Origin: a bacterium
GTDB lineage: Bacteria > Patescibacteriota > Minisyncoccia > UBA6257 > JAGOQP01
Direction: 5' to 3'
Assembly: GCA_021780155.1 (NCBI GenBank)
Contig: JAJXZH010000024.1
Span: 1 to 55,099 of the forward strand
DNA length: 55,099 nucleotides
The notes under the pieces are model-generated. The model was not told the DNA's origin. It made no database searches and saw nothing but the letters and a program-made list of their open reading frames with translations. The translations under genes were made by a program, and so were the position numbers. Positions within the stretch are counted from its first letter, which is position 1. Every line of letters starts with the position of its first letter. Shown here piece after piece: positions 17,840-27,100 of the stretch.

Positions 17840-19147
17840 CTAATCGCTTCCGAAGATGTCGGGGACTTTTTCTTCGTCTTCATCGGGGTCAAAAAATGCT
17901 TCTTCTATTTCAATTCCGTCTACTTCTCTGATTGATGACTTACTCATGTCTTTTTGAAAAACAATCATTCCCGTTTTTTTATTGATATCGGCGAATATGA
18001 CATCTCCCCGTCTGATGTCTCCGCTGTTGAGCGGGCCGGCCAGTTTTTCTCTGATATACTTTTTGATTCTTTTTCTGGCTTGTCTGCCGCCAAACTCGGG
18101 ATGGTCGGATGACTTTTTGAAAATGAATTCAAGTAATTCATTCGAAGCTCTCAAAAAAATTCTTTGATTTTTCCAAAGAAAATCAGTGATTTCCTTGAAT
18201 TCCAAATTCATAATCGCTTTTAGTTCATCGGCCGACGGCTGCTTAAAAACAATTGTGTTTTCTTCTATGCGGTTAAACAATTCGGGAGGAATGACTTTTC
18301 TCAATTTATCGACGGCGATGTGCCAATTGATGTTTTTGTCGGATTTGCTTGTCCCAAATCCGATTGATGTCTGCCCATTTTTTGCCATAGACGCCAATTT
18401 GTCTGAAGCCAAGTTGCTTGTCAAAAAAATAAAAGAGTTTTTGAAGGAAACAATTTCCGCATACTTGCCCTTAATGGCAATCTGTCCTTTACTTGAAATT
18501 TCCAAAAGGAGATTCCAAAGGGCATGACTGGATTTTTCGAATTCATCAATCAGAATCACCGAACGAATCGGTTCCCGATTAAATATAATATCTATTTGAA
18601 TTTTCAAACTGGAATCCAAATTTTTATAATGTTCAAAAAATTCGTCCCATTCGGGAAGTTTCTCGTCTTTGGATCGAAGAATGTTTGCTGTTTTGGACAG
18701 TTCATTCATCAATTCTCTGACTCTGGCATTTTTTTTGTAGGCAACCATCATACGATGCCGTTTGACGTAGGAATCTATATTGTCTTGAGTCAAAATAGGC
18801 GGGTCGTCATATCCCACATAAGAATGAGAAGAGCCGGTCAAACTGGTGATTAGATGGTCCTGCGAAAAATCAGGACCAAGAATCTTAGTCATTCCATCTT
18901 TTTTGCCCGAAAGGAATTCTGCCACCAATTCGGCGGTGTATGTCTTTCCCGTTCCCGTTCCTCCCAAAAACAATCCGACGAAAATGGGCGTTTGCGGGTC
19001 TTTAAGCGGAGATAGCGACAAATTAAAAGATGAAACAATTCTTTCTATGGCGAGTTGTTGTCCCATCAATCTTTCCGATAAAAATTTTTTTAATTCCGAA
19101 GCTTCCGGATGGAGTTTATCGGTTCTGATGTTTACCATCGTAGACAT
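17840..19147 (-). CDS. Stand-alone ClpA/ClpB D2-type AAA+ ATPase
   Basis: GQQLAI, Walker A GGTGTGKT, pore loop SYVGY, Walker B ILIDEFEK, LTSN, PELFNRI, FGGR; start after a G-rich SD. Confidence 0.85.
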   Translation of the reverse strand: MSTMVNIRTDKLHPEASELKKFLSERLMGQQLAIERIVSSFNLSLSPLKDPQTPIFVGLFLGGTGTGKTYTAELVAEFLSGKKDGMTKILGPDFSQDHLITSLTGSSHSYVGYDDPPILTQDNIDSYVKRHRMMVAYKKNARVRELMNELSKTANILRSKDEKLPEWDEFFEHYKNLDSSLKIQIDIIFNREPIRSVILIDEFEKSSHALWNLLLEISSKGQIAIKGKYAEIVSFKNSFIFLTSNLASDKLASMAKNGQTSIGFGTSKSDKNINWHIAVDKLRKVIPPELFNRIEENTIVFKQPSADELKAIMNLEFKEITDFLWKNQRIFLRASNELLEFIFKKSSDHPEFGGRQARKRIKKYIREKLAGPLNSGDIRRGDVIFADINKKTGMIVFQKDMSKSSIREVDGIEIEEAFFDPDEDEEKVPDIFGSD

Positions 19148-19252
19148 TTCTCCCCCCCCTTTTTTTAAAAAAGCTTTTGACATTGTAAATCGTTTCGCTT
19201 TTTAATGTCAATTGTTTTAATTTTTGACGGCTGTTATATTTATCTTATATTT

Positions 19253-19804
19253 ATGAGAGAATTTTATTCCAAAGCCATTGTTTTGGGCAGAAAAGATTCC
19301 GGTGAAGTTGACGCGGTGATTGATTTATTTACCGAAGATTTTGGTAAAATATCCGCCTGGGCAAAAAGTGTTAAAAAAATAAAATCAAAACTTTCCGGCC
19401 ATTTACAGCCGATGTCTTTTGTTAAAGCTCGTTTCATTCAACGCTCGGGACCAAAAGACGGGTGGTCAATGATTGATTGCATAAGCGACGACGATTTTTC
19501 GGACTTTTATACGAAAGAACGTTATGACCTTTTACCTTTGATAAATTTTTTGAACAAATATCTTTTTGAATTTCAATCGGACAGAAAATTATGGGCCTTC
19601 TTGTCTCAAATTTTTTTAAAAAAATACGACACAAACCAGACATCAAAAGCGCTTTTAAAAATAATGGGTTTTGATCCCGATAAATCTTCTTGCGCTGCGT
19701 GCCACTCTAATTTGGTCGGGGCGTTTAAAGCCGATAGTCAGATATTTTTGTGCCAGAGGTGTGCTTTAAAATTTAACCCGAATGAGCTATTATTATTTAA
19801 ATAG
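19253..19804 (+). CDS. recO: DNA repair protein RecO
   Basis: AIVL...GEVD...[20 protein letters not shown]-terminal CAAC/CQRC. Confidence 0.9.
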   Translation: MREFYSKAIVLGRKDSGEVDAVIDLFTEDFGKISAWAKSVKKIKSKLSGHLQPMSFVKARFIQRSGPKDGWSMIDCISDDDFSDFYTKERYDLLPLINFLNKYLFEFQSDRKLWAFLSQIFLKKYDTNQTSKALLKIMGFDPDKSSCAACHSNLVGAFKADSQIFLCQRCALKFNPNELLLFK

Positions 19805-19836
19805 TCGCCAAAATTAAAATTGGCAAAATATTTTTT

Positions 19837-21732
19837 ATGTCGCTTGAAGATTTAGAAAAAGAGCTTTACTCCCAAAAAGAAACAAAAAGAGAACAATCAA
19901 AAATTGTTTCCGATGATTTTAATAAAAGCAGCGGCAATTCTTTGCCGTTAAGTTCCTGGAAAGATTCCGAGGACTCAAAAAAGGGAACGAATTTTACCGG
20001 TAAGACCATTTCAAAATACGGAAAAACTTTAATTATTTCTCTTATTTCCATAATTTTGATTTTGGTTGGCTTTTCCGGTTTTTATCTTTATCAATATTTT
20101 TCAACCAAAGATGTTTCGGTTGATTTTTCCGGCCCAACGCAAGCCGATGTCGGCAGTCCGTTTACTCTTTCGGTCACCTTCAATAATGTTTCAAAAAGAA
20201 CGCTTGGTTCTCCCAGCGTTTCTCTTTCTTTGCCTGACGGAGTTATTTATGTTCAGGATCCGTCAAAAAGAGTGGTCACTTATAATATCGACCCGGTAGC
20301 TCCGGGTGTTTCCATAAAAGAAGATTATCAGATAGCAATCGTGGGAAATTCTTTGCAGACATATCAATTTATCGGAACCGTTTCTTATGCGTATGATGCC
20401 AATACTTTTTCCAGCCGATTTGAAAAAACAAAGACCTTTGGAGTTTTGGCGCGAGACCCGATTATCGCTCTTGATCTAAGCACTCCCAACAAAGTTTTAA
20501 ACGGACAAGATTTTGAAATAGATTTGCAGTATCAAAATGTTTCCGATTCCCCAATAGACACCGCAAAGATTCAATTCAAAGTCCCTGACAATTTTCATTT
20601 AAACAATTCAAGTCCGACTTTAAACAGCGATTACTCATTGAATTTAACCAACATCCCGCCATCCACTCAAACGCCGGTTATTTTTTCCGGAACCATAACA
20701 GGCAAGGAATCTTCCTTCTTTAATATTGAAGCTCATGCTCAGGTTCAAATTGGCGGTCAGTATTATGACATCAATGTCAAAACCGCTTCCATTTCCATAG
20801 AGCCGTCGCCTCTTTCTTTGCAAGTTCAATTGAACGGCAATAGTCAAATCGTCAATCCCGGCGATCAACTTAATTATCAAATAAATTTTGCCAATAATTC
20901 CAATATAAATTTATCGGATGTGGTTTTGACCGCTACATTGCAAGGAGCAATGTTTGATTATTCTTCAATTTCAAGCGATGGTTATTTTAACGGTTCTGAT
21001 AATTCAATCACCTGGACGGCGGCAAATTTGCCGGCGTTAAAAGAGCTTGCTTCAAATGCGCAGGGAAGCGCTTCGTTTAAAATAAAATTACTTTCCGATT
21101 TTCCGATCAATCTTTTGAGTGATAAAAATTTCACTGTTAAAGTTGTTGGACAAATATCGTCGCCCACCGTTCCTTATAATGTTACCGCCTCAAAGACGGT
21201 TGGTTTTGATGAATTGGAAAATAAAATTTCTGGATATCTTTCGGTTTATCAGAGCGCTTTTCATAAAGAGCCATCTTCTGATATTATCAATTCCGGATCG
21301 ATTCCTCCCGTTGTCGGGCAAGCCACCGAATACACCGTTCATTGGAATTTTTCTGCCTTTGCCGATGACTTTACCGATGTTAAAATGACCGCTTTCTTGG
21401 GACCGGGAGTTTCTTGGACCGGTAAATTTACCGCCAATACACAATCGGTTCCGACTTATGATCCGCGAACTCAGGAAATAACTTGGGATATCGGCTCTAT
21501 TATCGCCAATCAGGGAGTTATTGGACAAGGACCGCAAGCGACTTTTCAAATTTCGCTCACTCCTTCCGTAAACCAAGTCGGCTCAAGGCCTCTTTTGGTA
21601 AGCCAAATTAATGTTTCCGGAAACGATGCTTTTACCAGTCAGCCGGCGCAACTCTCTTTGAAACAAATTGAAGCCAAAGACATTTCCGACCCATTATTGC
21701 CGATGGGATTTGACACCGTTGTGGCTCAATAG
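19837..21732 (+). CDS. Membrane-anchored protein with repeated Ig-like/DUF11-like domains
   Basis: Single N-terminal TM helix, then beta-rich repeats ([19 protein letters not shown]). Confidence 0.7.
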   Translation: MSLEDLEKELYSQKETKREQSKIVSDDFNKSSGNSLPLSSWKDSEDSKKGTNFTGKTISKYGKTLIISLISIILILVGFSGFYLYQYFSTKDVSVDFSGPTQADVGSPFTLSVTFNNVSKRTLGSPSVSLSLPDGVIYVQDPSKRVVTYNIDPVAPGVSIKEDYQIAIVGNSLQTYQFIGTVSYAYDANTFSSRFEKTKTFGVLARDPIIALDLSTPNKVLNGQDFEIDLQYQNVSDSPIDTAKIQFKVPDNFHLNNSSPTLNSDYSLNLTNIPPSTQTPVIFSGTITGKESSFFNIEAHAQVQIGGQYYDINVKTASISIEPSPLSLQVQLNGNSQIVNPGDQLNYQINFANNSNINLSDVVLTATLQGAMFDYSSISSDGYFNGSDNSITWTAANLPALKELASNAQGSASFKIKLLSDFPINLLSDKNFTVKVVGQISSPTVPYNVTASKTVGFDELENKISGYLSVYQSAFHKEPSSDIINSGSIPPVVGQATEYTVHWNFSAFADDFTDVKMTAFLGPGVSWTGKFTANTQSVPTYDPRTQEITWDIGSIIANQGVIGQGPQATFQISLTPSVNQVGSRPLLVSQINVSGNDAFTSQPAQLSLKQIEAKDISDPLLPMGFDTVVAQ

Positions 21733-21769
21733 GTAATCTCTAAAAATACGTTTTGATTAAAAATATAAG

Positions 21770-23122
21770 ATGAAAAAAGAAAAAGAAAAAGAAGTCAGCT
21801 CCGATTTAATGGAAAAAATAATCAGCCTTTCCAAAAGAAGAGGATTTATTTTTGCCGGTTCTGAAATATACGGCGGACTTGCCAATGCTTGGGATTTTGG
21901 TCCGCTTGGAGTTGAGCTCAAAAACAATATCAAAAAATCCTGGTGGAATTATTTTGTCCACCAAAGAGATGATATGTATGGCATAGACGCCGCTATTTTG
22001 ATGAATCCAAAAACTTGGGAAGCCAGCGGACACTTGAGGGGATTTTCTGACGCTTTGATTGAATGCAAAAATTGCCACGAAAGATTTAGGGTTGATATGT
22101 TGCAAAAAGACAAAGATGAAAAATACATCTGTCCTTCTTGCGGAAAAAAAGAATTTACCGAAGCCAAGCAATTTAATTTAATGCTCAAAACATTTTTGGG
22201 TCCGTCCGAAGATGAATCTCACATTGTTTATTTTCGTCCCGAAACAGCGCAGGCAATGTTTGTTGATTTCAAACAAGTAGTTTCGTCGATGTCTCCAAAA
22301 ATTCCGTTTGGAATTGCTCAAATCGGGAAATCTTTTAGAAACGAAATTACTCCGGGAAATTTTATTTTTAGAACCAGAGAGTTTGAACAAATGGAAATAG
22401 AATATTTCATCCATCAGAATTCTTGGCAAGACCAGTTTGAATATTGGTTGTCGGAACTTAAAAAATGGATGAAATCCATCGGATTAGACGAATCAAAAAT
22501 TTTTTATTATGAGGTTCCCGAAAGCGATAGAGCTCACTATTCAAAAAGAACCGTTGATATAGAGTTTGAATTTCCTTTCGGCAAAAAAGAACTTTATGGA
22601 TTGGCTTATCGTGGAGATTTTGATTTATCCAGCCATCAAAAATCAAGCGGACAAAATATGGAATATTTTGACGAAAAAACCGGAGAAAAATTTATTCCTC
22701 ATGTTATTGAGCCATCGCTTGGAGTTGAACGCACGGCGTTGGCAATTTTAACTTCCGCTTATAAAGAAGAAAAAATAGAAAAAGACACCAGAGTTTATCT
22801 TGATTTGAATATCAATCTGGCGCCATATAAAGCCGCTGTTTTTCCGCTGATGGCAAACAAGCCCGAGTTGGTCAAAAAAGCCAAAGAAATATATTCAAAA
22901 ATAAAATCCGCCAAAGTAACGCCGGTGGCGTTTGATGATGGCGGGAATGTCGGCAAAAGATATCGCCGTCAGGATGAAATCGGAACTCCCTATTGTTTCA
23001 CAATTGATTTTCAAACGCTTGAGGACAACACTATTACGGTTAGGGACAGAAACACAATGAAGCAGGAGAGAATTTCTTCCGATTCGGCGCCTGATTTTAT
23101 CAAACAAAAAATGGAGTTTTAA
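21770..23122 (+). CDS. glyQS: Glycine--tRNA ligase (alpha2 dimeric type)
   Basis: KRRGF..GSEIYGG, RPETAQ, FRNEITP, REFEQME, EPSLGVER, RQDEIGTP. Confidence 0.97.
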   Translation: MKKEKEKEVSSDLMEKIISLSKRRGFIFAGSEIYGGLANAWDFGPLGVELKNNIKKSWWNYFVHQRDDMYGIDAAILMNPKTWEASGHLRGFSDALIECKNCHERFRVDMLQKDKDEKYICPSCGKKEFTEAKQFNLMLKTFLGPSEDESHIVYFRPETAQAMFVDFKQVVSSMSPKIPFGIAQIGKSFRNEITPGNFIFRTREFEQMEIEYFIHQNSWQDQFEYWLSELKKWMKSIGLDESKIFYYEVPESDRAHYSKRTVDIEFEFPFGKKELYGLAYRGDFDLSSHQKSSGQNMEYFDEKTGEKFIPHVIEPSLGVERTALAILTSAYKEEKIEKDTRVYLDLNINLAPYKAAVFPLMANKPELVKKAKEIYSKIKSAKVTPVAFDDGGNVGKRYRRQDEIGTPYCFTIDFQTLEDNTITVRDRNTMKQERISSDSAPDFIKQKMEF

Positions 23123-23201
23123 AAATATTTTTTACCGCTATCTTTGGCGGTTTTTTATTTGACGGATAAAAACAAAAAATCTACAATCTTTTTAGTTCTT
23201 A

Positions 23202-23807
23202 ATGGGGGCGGAGATGAGGCCTATCCGATTGAAATTCGCTCTGTTCGTTTCTTTGGTTGTTGTTTTTTCTGTGGCGATTTACGGAATTTGCGTTTGGCAA
23301 GAATTTGTTTTTCTAAAGCCAACGATCCAGCAAAAATATCGCGCTTTGTGGATTTCGGGTCATAGTATGGAGCCGAATTTTCATAATAACGATGTTATTA
23401 TTTTAAAAAACATCAATAAAAATTACAAAATCAAAAGATGGGATGTGGTTTCGGTTACTCATACAGGATTTTATTGGGACAAAAATCTGACTATGCCTGA
23501 GGATTTTTTAAAAAGGGTAGTCGGACTTCCCGGAGAAGAGTTGATGTTTAACGACGGGAAAATATTTGCCAGAATGTCGCCCGGATTTTTCAGAAAAGTA
23601 TCCGGAAATTTCAATCGTCTCGGTTGCACAAAATTTTTTAGGATTCGTTTGGATAAAAATCAGTATTTTGTTTTGGGAGACAACCGCCAATTTTCTTTGG
23701 ATTCTAGATACTTTGGTCCGATTTATGACTTCCAAATAAATGGAGTTGAAGTTTTCAGAACTTCAAACGAATCTTTGTCCAATATTATTTTTAACGCGAT
23801 TAATTAA
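23202..23807 (+). CDS. lepB: Signal peptidase I
   Basis: SGHSMEP, KRVVGLPGE, GDNR..SLDSRYFG; alternative start at 23214. Confidence 0.92.
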   Translation: MGAEMRPIRLKFALFVSLVVVFSVAIYGICVWQEFVFLKPTIQQKYRALWISGHSMEPNFHNNDVIILKNINKNYKIKRWDVVSVTHTGFYWDKNLTMPEDFLKRVVGLPGEELMFNDGKIFARMSPGFFRKVSGNFNRLGCTKFFRIRLDKNQYFVLGDNRQFSLDSRYFGPIYDFQINGVEVFRTSNESLSNIIFNAIN

Positions 23808-23888
23808 TCGCGTTTTTTAATTAATAATTGACAATCACTATCGTTTTTGTTATAAACTTTTTAGCTCTAAAAAAGAAAGGACAAAAAG

Positions 23889-24086
23889 ATGCCAAACGGT
23901 TTTAACCAAAAAGAAGACGATTTGCCTTCGAGAATGGAAGTTTTGAGTGTTTTGTCGGAGGAATTAAGCAATTGTCATTTGACTGCCGATGAGATGAGGA
24001 CTCTATCGCAGAGTCGGATTTTCAGAGAATTGATGCAGATGGCGATCTTGCGTTTTTATCCCAAGAATGTCCAAAGGAAGGGCTGA
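23889..24086 (+). CDS. Small hypothetical protein
   Basis: Own TTGACA promoter-like site, AAGGA SD and downstream terminator. Confidence 0.5.
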   Translation: MPNGFNQKEDDLPSRMEVLSVLSEELSNCHLTADEMRTLSQSRIFRELMQMAILRFYPKNVQRKG

Positions 24087-24096
24087 TTTTTTTCTC

Positions 24097-24134
24097 GCCG
24101 CTCGCGTATGTAACATATACCGAGCGGCTTTTTT
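24097..24134. terminator. Intrinsic terminator between convergent genes
   Basis: GCCGCTCG...CGAGCGGC followed by a T-tract. Confidence 0.65.
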
Positions 24135-24139
24135 ATTTT

Positions 24140-27100
24140 TTAAATTTCTGTTGTGGTGGTGATAGTTATTGTCTCTTGATTTTTGGAAGGGGAAGAAACG
24201 ATTTCGGAAGTCGTTGCGGTATTTGTTTCATTTTGAGTTTCCGATGTGGTTGTTGTAGTCAGAAGTTCAACTTCGTTGATTTTTATCTCTTCGGTTGTTG
24301 TTGTTTGGGTTGTTGTCGCTTCTTCTGCCGTTTTGGCAAAATCATTTTCTATAATTTCGGTCGTTGTTTGTGTTGTTGTCGCCAGATTTAGCAATTCCGT
24401 TTCAATTATTTCAAGATTTTCATCTAAAGAATTTTCCGATTCCGGACTGACGACGATTAAATTTGATTCGTTCGTGTTTAATTTTTCATCGTTTGCCAAA
24501 TTATTTATTGTCGAAGTCGAGTTCACGGGCAATAAATCTTGATTTTCGTTTTTTACAACAATATCCAGCTCTTTCAAAGATGAGCTCGCGTTGTCATTTT
24601 CGGTTGATGTGGCTTCGGTTGTGGTTGCGAGAGTGGAAGTTGTTTGGTCGAAAATTCCTTTTATTTTAATTGATTGATTTTTTGGCTGAGAAAGGAGATT
24701 TGCCATCTCGGTTATTGTCTGAGGATAACCAAACAATCTGAAAAATATATCTTTTGTTGAATGCTCGGCCCAATCTACGCCGGAACTTCCCGGTTTTCTA
24801 AAGACATAAACATTTGTTTCGGTGGGAGTGTTATTTGCCATGGATATGGAAAGTCCCTGGTCTCTATTTGATACATCTCCGTTTAATGTTTTCACTTCAA
24901 AAAAATAATTTCCTGGAGTCAAAAGCAATGACTGATCCATTTTGATATCAAAAATCTTTTGCTCAAAGTAATACAGCGCGGGAATTTGAGTGATGACTTT
25001 AGAATATATTTCGGTAAGTCCGTTATTGGGATCAGACGATGTCCCATCAATTAAACTGATTGAAATTCGCGCATCAAAACTAGAAGGCGGAATTGTTTGA
25101 TTCCAAAATTGTTTTATATTATGCGCTTCCAAAAGCAGTTCGGTTATTTTGCTCGGATTTTTTATATTGATTTTCTCTCCGATTTTGTAGATTTGATTTG
25201 AGTTTTCGGTGGTGGCAATGTCGTAGGTTCTGTCCCAAGGATATTTTTCCGTCGTGCCGGCAATAAATTGAGGCGGATTAAAATCCAGGATGAAACTTGA
25301 AACTTCAGACGGCAATCCAAAATTGTCTTTGGCTCTCAGATAAAATTTATATTTTCCCGCATCCCCCAGAGAAATTTCTGGACCGGTTTGGAATAAATTT
25401 CCGTTGCTTATGGCATATTGTTTATAAGTTTTATTCCACAAAAGCGAGGAATTATTTTCTGTTTCCGTTGATGTTGAGTCGGTTGATGTGGAAACGGCAT
25501 ATTCATAAGTGATGAGTTTGTCCACGCTGTCTTTATCGGTTGTGTCGTCCCAAGTTAAAAATACATGAGGGTTATAGATTTCTTCATCGTGAAGTTTAAC
25601 TGCGAAGTTTTGAATTTTTTCCGGCGGATAATGTTTCGGCGCCGGATATTTTAGATAGTGTTTTGTTTTATCAATCGCCGCCAATTTTAAAATTTCTTCC
25701 CACCCACTCCAAACGCTGGAATGGTCATAAGCATAAAAAGCGACGGTCACATAATCGTTTTCCGATAGCTCTTTTTGAGGAAGCGCTTTTAACAAAAACG
25801 ATTTATCTTCAAAATATTCTTTTGATGGCGTGCCGGACATTAAACAATAAAGCGGACAAGGATCCAATACATCTGCCGACATAAACATATTTAGCGGACC
25901 CGGATAAGCGGCGCAATGATTGTAATCGACAGTTAACAAACTGGCGGCAATTTCTTGAGATTGTGTTTTATATCCGCCTTCAATCATCGGCTCTTTTGCC
26001 GCTTCGTGATTTAGAAAAAATACCAAAATTGAGCCGTTTAGATTTCCCCGCGGAGCATATAAATTGGGGACAAACGGATATTGAGAATATCTTCCCTCTA
26101 AATAATATCCTTCGTTTCCGTTAGAATCTTTTTGTTTAAAAAAATCGAGCGAATCCAAAAAACTCGGAAAGTAAATTGAAGCGGTTGTTGTTGGTGATGA
26201 TAATCCTTCGGCGTCCATCGCTAAAATTGACCAAAAATAATCCCTTCCAATTTCGTCCACATTTTTTGATATTGATGATGAAGCGGTTTGCCCGATTTCA
26301 TTTTCTTTGTCGTCAACAATTTTATAAGTCAATTTATTATTTTCCGAAATTGTAGAGCTCGAAGTTGAAGTTGAAATAATCTCCGAGCTTGATGTTGTTT
26401 GCCAGGATGCCGATAAAATTAAACTTGTCGTTGAATAAGAAAGTGAAAAATTTTCGACAGCCAAAGGAGCATTTCTTGGTTCGGCTAAATTCAAAAGTCC
26501 TTGAGGACGAGGATTTTGGCGAATTTCAAAATCTCCTTCAGGCATTCCGGTTTTGCATCCATTGCCCAAAAATTCGCCTTCGTTTTTTGGACTTACGCAA
26601 AAATTTCCGCTTAAAGCCAACCGTTCTGCACTTTGATTTGAATCGGGCGCTGTCACGGAAAATACATTCGGCAAATTAACATCTCCGTAGGCGATGTAGT
26701 CAATAATAGAGAGGTCGTTTTCGGAAGGTATTGGTTCGATTGAATTTGACAAAAAGACAATCGCCGAACTTTTTGAAAGAGAATAAGAATAAATCAAGTC
26801 GGGATTTTTTTGGGAATAAATGCCGTCTTTATTCGCCAATAAAAAAAATTTTAACGGCGGAACGACGATGTCTTCGTTTATTTTTGCCAAAAAGTGGATA
26901 TTGTGAGTGGAGGTTGCTTGTCCGCTCAGATATTGCAGGGAGTATCCCTTGAGAGAAATGGGATTTTGAGTCGGATTATAAAGCTCAATAAATTCATCGT
27001 CCGGATTTTGTCCGTCGGTTTGAATTTCACTAATAACCAAATGAGTTGGCGTTCCGGAATATTTTTGAGTTTGGGAAAAAATATTTTCTTTTCCCGGAGT

